A stretch of 64,000 bases of DNA from Chrysomallon squamiferum. Its lineage: Eukaryota > Animalia > Mollusca. How positions within the stretch are numbered: position 1 is the first letter of the stretch; every line of letters begins with the position of its first letter. The notes below the pieces were generated by a model. It was not told where the DNA came from. It made no database searches and saw only the letters and a program-made list of their open reading frames with translations. The translations under genes were made by a program, and so were the position numbers. Positions 42,608-58,070 of this stretch are shown piece by piece. The stretch is from assembly GCA_012295275.1 (NCBI GenBank), contig CM022679.1:21576001-21640000 (forward strand), written 5' to 3'.

Positions 42608-43577
42608 GTATGTGTATTTGTATGGGTATATGTATGTGTGTGTGTGTGTGTGTGTGTATACACTCATATACACATCATATACATTATATATATATACAGG
42701 TAAATAAAATAACAATTCATGGATCGCCATTTTATTAATTTTCTTTGACGCTCACTTAAATTTAAAAAACGAAATAAAATAACAAGAAGCAGTAAGGGAT
42801 AATAAGACATACTACTACTAATAATAATAACAATAATAATGGTGATGATGACTATGATGATGATAATAATAATAATGATAAGGATAAATAATAATAACAC
42901 AAGATCTGATATTACTGTGGCAGAAATTTTAATGCATTCTTAGTTCTTCTTAATATGTTTTGTTTATTATTTGTAACATCTGTTAATACATATAAAGATA
43001 TAAAGTAACGCGCCGGAGCATAGACATTAGTGTATTTAATTGTAAACTGTATACAATTCAGTATTCTTATTCACTGCAAATATTCATTCACCTATTCTCA
43101 ATAATAAATAAATTACTAAATGACAAATGAATGAATAAGCAAAAAGAAGAAAAAAGAATGAATAAATAATAGTAAATAAATATGTAAATAAACTAAATAA
43201 TTGTACAGTATAAATAAATAAATAAATAAATAAATAAGTAAAATTATAAATAAACCCGAATATTGATGTGACTAAACAGATGTACATAACACAGATAATA
43301 TTCATTCCTAAATTCATATGCTTTCTTATATATTATCATCAACGTAGTAATACGAATGTTTTATTTTCTAAACATTAGAAATATTAATTTTCATGTAAAT
43401 AAATAAATAAATAATAAAAAATAATAATGATATTAATGATTATGATGATAATAATAATAATTATTATTATGATGATGATCATTATTATCATCATTATTTT
43501 TATTATTACTAACATCCTCATCCTAATCTTCCTCATCAACATCATTATCATTAGTATTATTATTTCAGAACTTCATT

Positions 43578-44888
43578 ATGCATAACCTGATTGTCGTTGC
43601 TGTGTTCGCCGCGATGGTGGCCGTAGAAGCTGGCTTGTCACCACCTAGCTCTGGTTTTGTGCCAATGATGGGAGGTTTTCGAGGCGGAATTATGAAAGGA
43701 CCAAGAATAATGCCCGCCATCGGCATGCCCACAATGCCTATCATGCCAACAATGCCTATCATGCCCACTATGCCTATCGGTGGGCCCATTATTGGTGTGC
43801 CTCCTGTTCCGATGATCGGACCTGGCTTTGGGGGTGGTATAATTGGTGGGGGTCTAGGAATGGGTTTACCTGGGATTGGTGGGGTTGGCGTTGGTGGGGT
43901 TGGTGTTGGAGGTATTGGTATTGGTGGGGTTGGCGTCGGTGGGGTTGGTGTTGGAGGTGTTGGTATCGGTGGGTTAGGCTTGGGTGGTGTTGGCCTTGGG
44001 GGGCTCGGTGTACCTGGCTACGGTCAACCCATTATAGGTTTACCTGCAGTAGGTTTGCCTGCTGTTGGTGGGTTTGGTATTGGTGGAGTAGGCGTTGGAG
44101 GAATGGGAGTTGGAGGAATGGGAATTGGAGGGTTAGGAGTTGGAGGAATGGGAATTGGAGGGTTAGGAGTTGGAGGAATGGGAGTTGGAGGAATGGGAAT
44201 TGGAGGGTTAGGAGTTGGAGGAATGGGAGTTGGAGGGTTGGGAGTTGGAGGAATGGGAGTTGGAGGGTTAGGAGTTGGAGGGTTAGGAGTTGGAGGAATG
44301 GGAATTGGAGGGTTAGGAGTTGGAGGAATGGGAGTTGGAGGAATGGGAATTGGAGGGTTAGGAGTTGGAGGATTAGGAGTTGGAGGAATGGGAGTTGGAG
44401 GGTTAGGAGTTGGAGGGTTCGGAGTTGGAGGAATGGGAGTTGGAGGGTTAGGAGTTGGAGGGTTAGGAGTTGGAGGAATGGGAGTTGGAGGGTTAGGAGT
44501 TGGAGGGTTGGGAGTTGGAGGAATGGGAGTTGGAGGGTTAGGAGTTGGAGGAATGGGAGTTGGAGGAATGGGAGTTGGAGGGTTAGGAGTTGGAGGAATG
44601 GGAGTTGGAGGGTTAGGAGTTGGAGGAATGGGAGTTGGAGGGTTGGGAGTTGGAGGAATGGGAGTTGGAGGAATGGGAGTTGGAGGGTTGGGAGTTGGAG
44701 GAATGGGCGTCGGTGGGATGGGCATTGGAGGTGTTGGCCTTGGTGGGATAGGTTATCCAATGGGAGGATTCGCTGGCGGGCTTGGATTAAGAGGTCCTGG
44801 CTATGGAGGAATTGGACTTGGTCTTCCTGGAGTTGCTGGTTTAGCCGTTAATCCAATTTTGGCAGGCAGACAGATCTGGGGTCGTTAG
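43578..44888 (+). CDS. Secreted Gly/Met/Leu-rich repetitive structural protein, copy 2 (436 aa)
   Basis: Paralog of copy 1. Signal-peptide-like N-terminus, roughly 44 GG[M/L]G[V/I] pentapeptides, ends QIWGR-TAG. Non-coding exon 1 ends 42340; exon 2 is 43569-44892; UTR exon 3 starts 45232. Confidence 0.9.
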   Translation: MHNLIVVAVFAAMVAVEAGLSPPSSGFVPMMGGFRGGIMKGPRIMPAIGMPTMPIMPTMPIMPTMPIGGPIIGVPPVPMIGPGFGGGIIGGGLGMGLPGIGGVGVGGVGVGGIGIGGVGVGGVGVGGVGIGGLGLGGVGLGGLGVPGYGQPIIGLPAVGLPAVGGFGIGGVGVGGMGVGGMGIGGLGVGGMGIGGLGVGGMGVGGMGIGGLGVGGMGVGGLGVGGMGVGGLGVGGLGVGGMGIGGLGVGGMGVGGMGIGGLGVGGLGVGGMGVGGLGVGGFGVGGMGVGGLGVGGLGVGGMGVGGLGVGGLGVGGMGVGGLGVGGMGVGGMGVGGLGVGGMGVGGLGVGGMGVGGLGVGGMGVGGMGVGGLGVGGMGVGGMGIGGVGLGGIGYPMGGFAGGLGLRGPGYGGIGLGLPGVAGLAVNPILAGRQIWGR

Positions 44889-45659
44889 ATTGGTACGCAC
44901 AAAATGAAAAAATAATATAAATTTTACTTTTAAATCTTTACTGACATTGTTCCGAGACCCACCCTCACACACATAGCTAGACATACACAACCAAACACCC
45001 ACACACACCCACACACCCACACACACAATACACACACAGAGAAATATAAACAAAATTACATAGTCCAACAATTAGAAAAATTATCTCTCTAAACATTACG
45101 TCTAATTTGTTTATTTTTAATTTTTCTTAGTTTCAAGTTTCAATTATTTTTAATGTATGAACATACACATAATTTAACAGAAAATAATCATCGAAATATT
45201 AAAAATATAATTTTCAATTTTTTATTTTTAGGCTAAAAATCGGATCTACATGAAGGAGGTTTTTCGACGACTTCCTGGTGCCTTTTCACACTTGTTGCAG
45301 TGGAAATGTTCTGGGAAAATGTTCTGCAACAACAAATGGAAAACACTGCATTTTTAACTGTTTATTTTTAAACCATGAATGATTCTGTTAATTTATTTTA
45401 TGTGAAAAAGATAAATAGATATATTTACAGAAAACAAAAATTGTTGTGTTATTTCTTGTCTTTATCCTTCACTCATAATTTCTGATGACAAGACTGAAAA
45501 GACTTTCTGAATTAACTCAGGATACGTGAAACTGATTGCTTAATAAGTATGAGACTTATTTTTATAACAGGATACGTGAATATTATTACACAGGTTTTAG
45601 AGATTTCAAACTGTCACTATTTGCGAAGATTATTTTGTAATGATGATCTGAATTTTTCA

Positions 45660-46385
45660 GACACGTGAAAATTAGTATCTTTATTTTAATTTTCTGAAGT
45701 TGTCAGGATGCTTGAAAATTAATATATATTTTTTAATTGTTGAATCCATAAGGATCCGTGAATATTTTAAACATTTATTTTAATTTTCTGAAAGATCCGT
45801 GAAAATTAATACATACATTTTAATTTAAAAAACGGTCAGTATGTGTGAAGATTATTTCGTAAAAATCTGAAACTGTCAGGATACATGAAAATTATGTTGT
45901 AAAAATCTAAAACTGTAAGGATACGTGAAGATTACGTTGTAAAAATCTGAAACTGTCAGGATACGTGAAGAATACTGTCAGGAAGAAGATTATGTTGTAA
46001 AAAAATCTGAAACTGTTGTAAAAATCTGAAACTGTCAGGATACATGAAAATTATGTTGTAAAAATCTAAAAAAAGGATACGTGAAATTACTTGTCTGAAA
46101 CTGTCAGGATACGTGAAGATTATGTTGAAAAAAAATGTCAGGAAACTGTCAAGATTACTAAAACTGTGAAGGTGAAGGGTACGTTGCAAAAATCTGAAAT
46201 TGTCAGGATACGTGAAGATTATGTTGTAAAAATCTGAAACTGTCAGGATACATGAAAATTATGTTGTAAAAATCTAAAACTGTAAGGATACGTGAAGATT
46301 ACGTTGTAAAAATCTGAAACTGTCAGGATACGTGAAAATTATGTTGCAAAAAATCTGAAACTGTCAGGATACGTGAAAATTATGA
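45660..46385. repeat. Satellite downstream of copy 2, mainly a 40-bp monomer (AAAAATCTGAAACTGTCAGGATACGTGAAGATTATGTTGT)
   Basis: Period 45861/45901/45941; shares the core CTGAAACTGTCAGGAT with the 47-mer. Confidence 0.9.
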
Positions 46386-47098
46386 TGGTAAAAACTGATA
46401 CCTATTAGACATTTATGATTGTAAAGATATCAGAAGGTGAGGAAACGTGAACATTATTATTTATAATATTCTCTATTAAAATGTGCAAAATATCTTATAT
46501 CTGTTAGAGTACCGGGAACCATTATGCAGTGATACTGTAATGTTTATGAAACTATCGTGATATACAGATCTTATTTACATACATTGTATACATCTAGCAC
46601 AAATCACAGAAACCTATTTTACTACAAACAACACACTTTAATAACTGTCACATTTTCAAACTCGGTCATCAACTGAAGTTTCTTTATCTCAGCGGGTATT
46701 CTTTTTGTTTTTGTTATAGCAGATGAAGGGAAAGAAGAACTGTTATGTAACACAGTAATAAAACAAATGTTCCCAAATCATAACGTTTGTGTTCTGTTTA
46801 TTATTATTCAAATTTACTTATGATGTTTGCCTATGAAGAGTTAGTTGTAGAAATACTGGCACCATCTTCTCGTGTTGGGTATGTGCATTTTGACTCGTTG
46901 CAGTTCACATAATATTAACATCACTTCGGCTCTTACACAAAATACCATCCTTACTATTACTCCGTCACATTTTTAGTAACGTTATGAACTGTTAGCCTAT
47001 TGAAAATGTTTGATTTATCAAGGTCGAAATATTATCAAATATCAGAACACTGGGCTATACCTTTAACCCCAAGGCTTGTCGTAAAACTGATGTATTCT

Positions 47099-47219
<121 letters not shown>

Positions 47220-47575
47220 GAGAAGCAATAAAACAAATTCAGCAGCTTATAACAAAATTCGAACACCATTCTTTTTGTTTGCATTCAGTCGTTTTATTCG
47301 ATCTGTAGACGGACTCGTGAAATAATTTGAAAAATTTAGTGTCAGATGCAGCGATGGTTTGGAAATAATTATGTCCGTGTGCTTTGATATGTGTGTGGGA
47401 CCATAGTCATCATAGGTTACGCACAAGTCACTAAAAGTGAAAGAAATTAACCTACCACCCCATATGTTATTATATATCATTATCATCGTCATCATCACCA
47501 TCGTCAACACCATCAACCACAACAACAACAAAAACAACAACAATAATACTAATACTAATGCTAATAATAATAATG

Positions 47576-47628
<53 letters not shown>

Positions 47629-47804
47629 TATTATTATTATTATTATTATTATTATTTATTATTATTACAATAGCCTCCTCAACAACAACAAAAAATAAAG
47701 CAACAACAAGAATAAAACGATAAACATATGTTTTAAAACAAATGTGAAAGACATGAAAGCGATGGACATGAAAGTCAAATACAAGCAAAGTCGTTTCTTC
47801 AGAA

Positions 47805-48042
47805 CGTTACAGTGTAAGCGTATTCTTCTTGTTACGCAATCACAGGTAACAGTTATTAATGAGGACATGCCAGCAAAGACATCCCTCTGTCCCAGGTAAA
47901 TTGTGTACGAACAAGTTATTACTTAATCCGAAACCCGTCAAAATAAGATTTGTTATCTGTGTCTGGGTGTCTCTATATAACAAGTAGAAACCGTCTTCAG
48001 AAACAAACTGAAAGATATCCATCCCACTGTGGTCAGCTATAG
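47805..48042 (+). promoter_or_regulatory. Proximal promoter, TATA box (47974-47980) and non-coding exon 1 of copy 3
   Basis: Homologous to the other two, with several substitutions and an 11-bp deletion; donor at 48042/48043. Confidence 0.72.
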
Positions 48043-48103
48043 GTGAGTGTGTTTTAATTAAAATATTTTATTTGTGTTAATGTTTAAAAGATGTTTTAAC
48101 GGT

Positions 48104-48220
<117 letters not shown>

Positions 48221-48272
48221 TGTGTATGTGTATGGGTATATGTATGTGTGTATGTATATATATATGTGTGTG

Positions 48273-48334
<62 letters not shown>

Positions 48335-48905
48335 TACACACACACACTCATATACACACCATATACATTATATATACAGGTAAATAAAATAACAATTCAT
48401 GGATCGCCATTTTATTAATTTTCTTTGACGCTCACTTAAATTTAAAAAACGAAATAAAATAACAAGAAGCAGTAAGGGATAATAAGACCTACTAATAATA
48501 ATAATAATAACAATAATAATGGTGATGATGACTATGATGATGACTATGATGATGATAATAATAATAATAATGATAAGGATAAATCATAATAACACAAGAT
48601 CTGATATTACTGGGGCAGAAATTTTAATGCATTCTTAGTTCTTCTTAATATGTTTTGTTTATTATTTGTAACATCTGTTAATACATATAAAGATATAAAG
48701 TAACGCGCTGGAGCATAGACATTAGTGTATTTAATTGTAAACTGTATACAATTCAGTATTGTTATTCACTGCAAATATTCATTCACCTATTCTCAATAAT
48801 AAATAAATTACTAAATGACAAATGAATGAATAAGCAAAAAGAAGAAAAAAGAATGAATAAATAATAGTAAATAAATATGTAAATAAACTAAATAATTGTA
48901 CAATA

Positions 48906-48940
<35 letters not shown>

Positions 48941-49268
48941 GTAAAATTATAAATAAACCCGAATATTGATGTGTACATAACACAGATAATATTCATTCCT
49001 AAATTCATATGCTTTCTTATATATTATCATGAACGTAGTAATACGAATGTTTTATTTTCTAAACATTAGAAATATTAATTTTCATGTAAATAAATAAATA
49101 AATAATAAAAAATAATAATGATATTAATGATTATGATGATAATAATAATAATAATTATTATGATGATGATCATTATTATCATCATTATTTTTATTATTAC
49201 TAACATCCTCATCCTAATCTTCATCATCAACATTATTATCATTAGTATTATTATTTCAGAACTTCATT

Positions 49269-50630
49269 ATGCATAACCTGTTTGTCGTTGCTGTGTTCGC
49301 CGTGATGGTGGCCGTAGAAGCTGGCTTGTCACCACCTAGCTCTGGTTTTGTGCCAATGATGGGAGGTTTTCGAGGTGGATTTATGAAGGGACCAAGAATA
49401 ATGCCCGCCATCGGCATGCCCACAATGCCTATCATGCCAACAATGCCTATAATGCCATCAGTGCCTATCATGCCATCAATGCCTATCATGCCCACTATGC
49501 CTATCGGTGGGCCCATTATTGGTGTGCCTCCTGTTCCGATGATCGGACCTGGCTTTGGGGGTGGTATAATCGGTGGGGGTCTAGGAATGGGTTTACCTGG
49601 AATTGGTGGGGTTGGCGTCGGTGGGGTTGGTGTTGGAGGTATTGGTATTGGTGGGGTTGGCGTCGGTGGGGTTGGTGTTGGAGGTGTTGGTATCGGTGGG
49701 TTAGGTTTGGGTGGTGTTGGCCTTGGGGGGCTCGGTGTACCTGGCTACGGTCAACCCATTATAGGTTTACCTGCAGTAGGTTTGCCTGCTGTTGGTGGGT
49801 TTGGAGTTGGAGGGTTAGGAGTTGGAGGAATGGGAGTTGGAGGAATGGGAATTGGAGGGTTAGGAGTTGGAGGAATGGGAGTTGGAGGAATGGGAATTGG
49901 AGGGTTAGGAGTTGGAGGAATGGGAATTGGAGGGTTAGGAGTTGGAGGAATGGGAGTTGGAGGAATGGGAATTGGAGGGTTAGGAGTTGGAGGAATGGGA
50001 GTTGGAGGGTTGGGAGTTGGAGGAATGGGAGTTGGAGGGTTAGGAGTTGGAGGGTTAGGAGTTGGAGGAATGGGAGTTGGAGGAATGGGAGTTGGAGGAA
50101 TGGGAGTTGGAGGAATGGGAATTGGAGGGTTAGGAGTTGGAGGATTAGGAGTTGGAGGAATGGGAGTTGGAGGGTTAGGAGTTGGAGGGTTAGGAGTTGG
50201 AGGAATGGGAGTTGGAGGGTTAGGAGTTGGAGGGTTGGGAGTTGGAGGAATGGGAGTTGGAGGGTTAGGAGTTGGAGGAATGGGAGTTGGAGGAATGGGA
50301 GTTGGAGGAATGGGAGTTGGAGGGTTAGGAGTTGGAGGAATGGGAGTTGGAGGGTTAGGAGTTGGAGGAATGGGAGTTGGAGGGTTGGGAGTTGGAGGAA
50401 TGGGAGTTGGAGGAATGGGAGTTGGAGGGTTGGGAGTTGGAGGAATGGGCGTCGGTGGGATGGGCATTGGAGGTGTTGGCCTTGGTGGGATAGGTTATCC
50501 AATGGGAGGATTCGTTGGCGGGCTTGGATTAAGAGGTCCTGGCTATGGAGGAATTGGACTTGGTCTTCCTGGAGTTGCTGGTTTAGCCGTTAATCCAATG
50601 TTGGCAGGCAGACAGATCTGGGGTCGTTAG
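49269..50630 (+). CDS. Secreted Gly/Met/Leu-rich repetitive structural protein, copy 3 (453 aa)
   Basis: Near-identical to copy 2, with an extra MPSVPIMPS segment and a different M/L pentapeptide order. Exon 1 ends 48042; exon 2 is 49260-50634; UTR exon 3 starts 50974. Confidence 0.9.
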   Translation: MHNLFVVAVFAVMVAVEAGLSPPSSGFVPMMGGFRGGFMKGPRIMPAIGMPTMPIMPTMPIMPSVPIMPSMPIMPTMPIGGPIIGVPPVPMIGPGFGGGIIGGGLGMGLPGIGGVGVGGVGVGGIGIGGVGVGGVGVGGVGIGGLGLGGVGLGGLGVPGYGQPIIGLPAVGLPAVGGFGVGGLGVGGMGVGGMGIGGLGVGGMGVGGMGIGGLGVGGMGIGGLGVGGMGVGGMGIGGLGVGGMGVGGLGVGGMGVGGLGVGGLGVGGMGVGGMGVGGMGVGGMGIGGLGVGGLGVGGMGVGGLGVGGLGVGGMGVGGLGVGGLGVGGMGVGGLGVGGMGVGGMGVGGMGVGGLGVGGMGVGGLGVGGMGVGGLGVGGMGVGGMGVGGLGVGGMGVGGMGIGGVGLGGIGYPMGGFVGGLGLRGPGYGGIGLGLPGVAGLAVNPMLAGRQIWGR

Positions 50631-51499
50631 ATTGGTACGCACAAAATGAAAAAATCATATAAATTTTACTTTTAAATCTTTACTGACATTGTTCCGAGAC
50701 CCACCCTCACACACATAGCTAGGCATACACAACCAAACACCCACACACACCCACACACCCACACACACAATACACACACAGAGAAATATAAACAAAATTA
50801 CTTAGTCCAACAATTAGAAAAATTATCTCTCTAAACATTACGTCTAATTTGTTTATTGTTTATTTTTCTTATTTTCAAGTTTCAATTATTTTTAATGTAT
50901 GAACATACACATAATTTAACAGAAAATAATCAAAAGAAATATTAAAATATGATTTTCAATTTTTTATTTTTAGGCTAAAAATCGGATCTACATGAAGGAG
51001 GTTTTTCGACGACTTCCTCGTGCCTTTTCACACTTGTTGCAGTGGAAATGTTCTGGGAAAATGTTCTGCAACAACAAATGGAAAACACTGCATTTTTAAC
51101 TGTTTATTTTTAAACCATGAATGATTCTGTTAATTTATTTTATGTGAAAAAGATAAATAGATATATTTACAGAAAACAAAAATTGTTGTGTTATTTCTTG
51201 TCTTTATCCTTCACTGATAATTTCTGATGACAAGACTGAAAAGACTTTCTGAAAAACTCAGGATACGTGAAACTGATTGCTTAATTAGTATGAGACTTAT
51301 TTTTATAACAGGATACGTGAAACTATTGCTTAACAAGTTTTAGAGATTTAAACTTTTTGCGAAGATTATTTTGTAATGATGATCTGAATTTTTAACAGGT
51401 TTTAGTATCTTTATTTTAAACTGTCACTATTTGAAAATTTATTTTTTTAATTGATGATCTGAATTTTTTTTAGACATTTATTTTAATTTTCTGAAAATT

Positions 51500-52110
51500 A
51501 GATCTTTAAATTTAATTTTTAATCTAAAAAAGTTGTCAGGATGCGTGAAGATTATTTCGAAAATTAAACTATATATTTTTTAATTGTTGAAAAATCTAAA
51601 ACTGTCATGATCCGTGAATATTTGTGGTAAAATTTATTTTAATTTTGTTGTAAAAAATCTGAAACTATCAGATCCGTGAAAATTAAAAATAAAACATACA
51701 TTTTAATTATAAAAATCGGTCAGGATGCGTGAAGATTATTTGGTAAAAAAATCTAAAACTGTCTGGATACATGAAAATTATGTTGTAAAAAATCTGAAAC
51801 TGTCTGGACACGTGAAGATTATGTTGTAAAAATCTAAAACTGTCAGGATACGTGAAGGTTACGTTGCAAAAATCTTAAATTGTCTGGACACGTGAAGATT
51901 ATGTTGTAAAAAATCTGAAACTGTAAGGATACGTGAAGATTATGTTGTAAAAAAATCTGAAACTGTCAGGATACGTGAAAATTATGTTGCAAAAATCTGA
52001 AACTGTCAGGATACGTGAAAATTATGTTGTAAAAATCTAAAACTGTAAGGATACGTGAAGATTATGTTGCAAAAAATCTAAAACTGTCAGGATACGTGAA
52101 AATTATGATG
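51500..52110. repeat. Satellite downstream of copy 3, ~40-bp monomer
   Basis: Duplicated counterpart of 45660-46385. Confidence 0.9.
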
Positions 52111-52822
52111 GTAAAAACTGATACCTATTAGACATTTATGATTGTAAAGATATCAGAAGGTGAGGAAACGTGAACATTATTATTTATAATGTTCAAAATA
52201 TCTTATATCTGTTAGAGTACTGGGAACCATTATGCAGTGATACTGTAATGTTTATGAAACTATCGTGATATACAGATCTTATTTACATACATTGTATACA
52301 TCTAGCACAAATCACAGAAACCTATTTAATAACCTATTTAATAATTTACAAACAACACACTTTAATAACTGTCACATTTTCAAACTCGGTCATCAACTGA
52401 AGTTTCTTTATCTCAGCGGGTATTCTTTTTGTTTTTGTTATAGCAGATGAAGGGAAAGAAGAACTGTTATGTAACACAGTAATAAAACAAATGTTCCCAA
52501 ATCATAACGTTTGTGTTCTGTTTATTATTATTCAAATTTACTTATGATGTTTGCCTATGAAGAGTTAGTTGTAGAAATACTGGCACCATCTTCTCGTGTT
52601 GGGTATGTGCATTTTGACTCGTTGCAGTTCACATACTATTAACATCAACTCGGCTCTTACACAAAATACTATCCTTACTATTACTCCGTCACATTTTTAG
52701 TAACGTTATGAACTGTTAGCCTATTGAAAATGTTTGATTTATCAAGGTCGAAATATTATCAAATATCAGAACACTGGGCTATACCTTTAACCCCAAGCCT
52801 TGTCGTAAAACTGATGTATTCT

Positions 52823-52963
<141 letters not shown>

Positions 52964-53405
52964 GAGAAACAATAAAACAAATTCAGCAGCTTATAACAAA
53001 ATTCGAACACCATTCTTTTTGTTTGCATTCAGTCGTTTTATTCGATGTGTAGACGGACAGAAAAATAAATTTGGAAAGGCATTAAAATAGAGATCTTGGA
53101 AACAAGGTATGGAAAAATATATTTAGAAACGAGAAACACAATTTAATGTACCTATGTCCAACTATGTTATGAGAGGAATAGAAAAGTTAGAAATTAACAT
53201 TTTTAGGTGCAGAGCCGAAAAAAAAAAAAATAATAAAAATTCCTCTCAGAAAAAATCCCCCCAAAAAACTAAACAAAGAAAACAACAACAATAAGCCCCA
53301 CACCAAAAAACAAAACAAGAAAAAAATCAAACATACAAACAAAACAAGAAAAAAATCAAACATACAAACAAAACAAAACAAATATGTGTGTGTGTGTGTG
53401 TGTGT

Positions 53406-53457
<52 letters not shown>

Positions 53458-55727
53458 ATATAACATTACTGCAAAGGGATTTCTATTTTGGACATAACCA
53501 ATATGGAACTGTTAAGTATTAAAAGGATTAAGTTTTAACTGACAGTACTTGCTGCGTGACAAATTTGTTTTTAATAATCTAATTTCAGAATGGTGTATTA
53601 CAATTTGTGTAATTTATATCAGATTTGAATAATAATAATATTTTCAGTATGCTGCACGGGTTTGGAATATCTATGTCAGTACAAACACACACACAGAAAC
53701 ACACACAGAGACATACAATGACACAGACAATTGTAACATAAATAATTTTCAGTATTCAGAATTATTAAAATTGTAAGAAAACATCTTCATTACATATAAA
53801 TTTTGTGCAAGATAATTTATTAGATAAAATGCATATGTGTAAAAATAATAAATAACTAATAATAATAATAAAAAATAAATAAAAATATAAAAAAAATGAA
53901 AAGAAATATATAAAAAAATAAACAATATAATAAAAAATTTAAAAAAAAAAAAAAAATTGAAAAAAACCCCAATAAAACAAAATAAAATAAATGTTTTGAC
54001 TTAAATATCTTCAGATATTTCATTATTAGGAAAAAAAAAAAAAAAAAAAAAAAATAAAAAACAACAACAAAAATAAAAAAAAAAAAAAAAATACATCAAG
54101 CTACAATACATTGTGAATTTTGCATTATGAATTACAAAAGGTTTATTTTTAAAAAGAAAATCTTTACGTAAAACTGTATAGGTACTGAAAATAATATACA
54201 AAGCATAGAGGCATAAACAACCCCCCAAAATCCCCCCAAAATTTTTTTTAACAAAACAAACAAAAATTTCAGTATTACGGATAAGAAAATAAAAGCAAAA
54301 TGTAACATATACCAGAGTTTCATATTTTCGTGCAGTTTTTCTCATTAAAAGATAGCTTTTAAATCTGTGCAAAGAGTATACAAATACAGCAAAAAGTGTG
54401 AACATTAATTCACTGATTTCTGTGTAATACTTAAAACTGATAAGAAAACAATGATCACAATTTGTTTTGTGCATGACTGTCTGTGAGCAAGTTTTGTTTA
54501 ATATATTCTGATGCAATTTTAAATAATAATGAAACAGTAACGTTCATTATTATTATATATATATATATTTTATAACAAAGATGATGTGTTGTTAGAATGC
54601 AGGGTATTTTCCGAAGTAAGAAACGCGGTGTTAAATGAATTTTATTTTTATCCTGCTTTTTGTATTGTTATGTTCGTTCTGATCATGTTAAATATTTCCA
54701 GAAAATGTTTTAACTGTGTAATATATATATATATATATATATATATGTGGATACTTATATATATATGGATCAATGACAGTAGCTGCTGGAGCAGTTGAAA
54801 AATTAAAAAATTAAACCATTAAATTTAAAAAAATTTAAATTAAGGAAAAAAGAAACTACAAAAACACATAGCTATATCTTTCCGTATTTACATTAAACAT
54901 GGACGCATCCACGTCTTTGGCAGTTTTTTTTTTTTTCTTTTATCAAAAATACTCATAAATATTATTATGCTATGACTCAATGCCATTTTTTTTTTTTTTT
55001 TTCTTTCTTTCTTTTCCTTTTTTTTTGCAATAAAAAACCCCTAACCCCACCAAAAAACCCCAGAACCCCATCAAAACAACAACGAAAAAGAAAAAAAAAA
55101 ACCCAAAACCCTCCAACAATAACTGAACAAACAAAAATAAATATAATAAAAAGCCACAGAAAAGAACACTTTACAAAAAATAAAAATAGAAAACGAAGCA
55201 AAACAGTTTTGTTCATACTTTGTGTCAGCACATTACTGATTCCAGTCATGAAAGTTTTATATTTTACGCACTATTTATTTATTTCAAGAGCTGAATTTCA
55301 CAAACAGAAATACTATCCGCTGAAATAATCCACACCTTTCTGGTTTGCTCGAAATAACTCTGTTTTTTCCATAACAACATTTAATCCAGACACGACAAAA
55401 CATGTATAAGTAACTTATACATTTACTTTTCCCCTTCATATTCTTGGGATATACTAATATTAAAAATATATCTTGTCTCTTCAAGACGTATTCCCTTCTA
55501 AAATGAACTGCAGACACTGTACAAGATATAAATCGATATACCAGTCAATAATGAACTCAATAACCAAGTAATAAGAGGGAGTTAAATGGAAAAGATAAAT
55601 TTGCATTAAACAAAAATCACAATAATGCTAGTGCATTAAGATTTCTTTCAACAACGATTACGATTGTTTTTTTTTATCCAATGTAAGAACCTTAAATGTT
55701 TTTCATATTTGTTGCAGGAGGGATTGC

Positions 55728-55808
<81 letters not shown>

Positions 55809-56522
55809 TAATCTAGCAAAAAAAAAAAAATAATAATAATAATAAAAAAAAAAAAAAATGAAACTAACGATTAAATGAATCGATCAGAACAAATAATTTA
55901 AATTAAATAAATAAATATAAAAATAATTTTAAAAATCTCATTGCTTTGTTTCTAAAGCGATTCCAAGATTTCCTAAGCATTTCGCAATGTAATTTATTTT
56001 AAATGTTATAAAAATATTTCTAATTATATATTTATTTCAAGGCGGTTTTCGGTTTTCAGAAAAGGGAACAACCATAATCATTTTAGAAAGGATAAAACTT
56101 TTAGTATTAACGATAATGATGATGATGATGATGATAATAATAATAATAATAATAATAGTAGTAGTATAAACAACAACAACAATAAATAAATAAATAAGAA
56201 AAAAAAAAAAAGAAAAAAAAAAATATGTATATTGCACTATTTTAAATGGTAACAATAGAATTATGTGGTATTGAATTCTATATATATATATATATATAGA
56301 ATTTGAATTAAGTAACTGGAAATAATAACAACACATGTAAATCATACTGACAGAAAGGGACGCACGCTCATACGCACACGCAAACAAACGTACATATTTC
56401 TATGAAATGTAAATTTTCATACGTTTCAGTCTTACATCAATAGCTAAAAAAAAAATTCATAAAAAAATATAAAAATAATAATAATAATAAATAAATACAT
56501 AAAAAAATATAAATAATAATAA

Positions 56523-56589
<67 letters not shown>

Positions 56590-56928
56590 AATTAAATAAA
56601 AATTAAAATGTAACCTTAATATCTATTATTTATTTATATTTTAAAGTTAAGGTGTAAACATATTTTTATCTCTAAAATGTCATAATAACACCTCGCTAAA
56701 TTTTTCAACTATTATCTTTTGTTTTAAAGTTGAGATTGCAAAATTTTTAAATTTCTAAAACGTCAGATATATTAATATTAACAGATTAAAAGCATTTATT
56801 TTGAAATGTTAACCTTATCAGCACTGATAGAGTGAACGGTAACCGAGTCACCCAGCCTAATCAACAGTGGAATAAATAACACAAAACTCAGTATTACGCA
56901 TTTAAATTAAAATATATATATATGTATA

Positions 56929-57020
<92 letters not shown>

Positions 57021-57289
57021 TAAATTTAAAAAAAGTTAAAAAGTTAAAAATATAAAGAAAACTAATAAAAAATCTATTTAAAATCTTGACGATAATAAAT
57101 AACATAAGCAAATAAAAAAAAATTATAAAAAAAAGAGTATAATTTCTATCCCTTTTTTTCTTTTCTTGGAGAAAGAAACTGAAAAGGAAGAGAAAACACA
57201 CTAACGTTAGACTGAAGTCCAGGCAGTAGTTACCAGTTTCTCACAGACACGTTGTCTCTGGTGTTAGGAAGTAGCATCTATGCAGAATT

Positions 57290-58070
57290 CTGGTTTATAT
57301 ACAAGTATTCCTATCTTACTTGCGTTAAGGTATAATACCTACACTAGTTATAAAACCAAGATCTGTTTTATATACAAGTATTCCTATCTTACTTGCGTTA
57401 AGGTATAATGCCTACACTAGTTATAAAACCAAGATCTGTTTTATATACAAGTATTCTCGAGTTAAAGACAAATGCCTGCTCTAGTTAAGAAATACTATCT
57501 ACACTGATTTCTGGGTTTAGATACTTGTATTCCTACATTTGTTATAAAGCTGAGTTCATATTTATACAGATGTATTCCTGGTTTAGGCAGAACTCTGGTG
57601 TTAAGGAATAAAGCCTACACCAGTTTAAAAAAAATCGAATTCTTTTTTATATACAAGTATTCCTTTGTTAGGCAGAAATCTGATGTTAAGGAATAATGCA
57701 TTCCTGTGTCATGCAGAATACTGATGTTAAGGACTAATGCCTACACTAGTTCCAAAACCGATTCTTTTTTATAATACACGTATTCATTTTTTAAACATCA
57801 TAACAGTGTCAAGGATTAAGGCCTATACTGGTTATAAAACAAAGTTGTTTTTATATACTGGTATTCCTAGGTCAGGCAGAACTGTTCTGTTAAGGAATAA
57901 TGGCTACACTATTGATTAAACTGAGTTTTGTTTTATATACTGTTAGCCGTAGGTCAGACAGAACTCTGGTGTTAAGGAATAATGCCCACGCTAGTTATAA
58001 AATCCACATCTTATTCATATATATAAATATTCCTTTCTTGGTCAGAATTCTGTTATAAAACCAAGTTCTT
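57290..58070. repeat. Degenerate minisatellite, ~74-bp unit (TATACAAGTATTCCT...GTTAAGG.ATAATGCCTACACTAGTTATAAAACC)
   Basis: Two near-identical units at ~57296 and ~57369, followed by diverged units. Confidence 0.85.

Noticed and set aside
44024-44760. Minus-strand PPTPI and LQLPF repeat ORFs (also 35373-35849, 36255-36587, 49751-50502)
   Set aside because: Antisense shadows of the 15-bp Gly-rich repeat; no independent promoter or splice support.
51300-51720. Scrambled satellite segments (also ~39960-40160, ~45960-46200)
   Set aside because: Deletion-riddled mosaics more consistent with consensus or assembly error in repeats than with biology.
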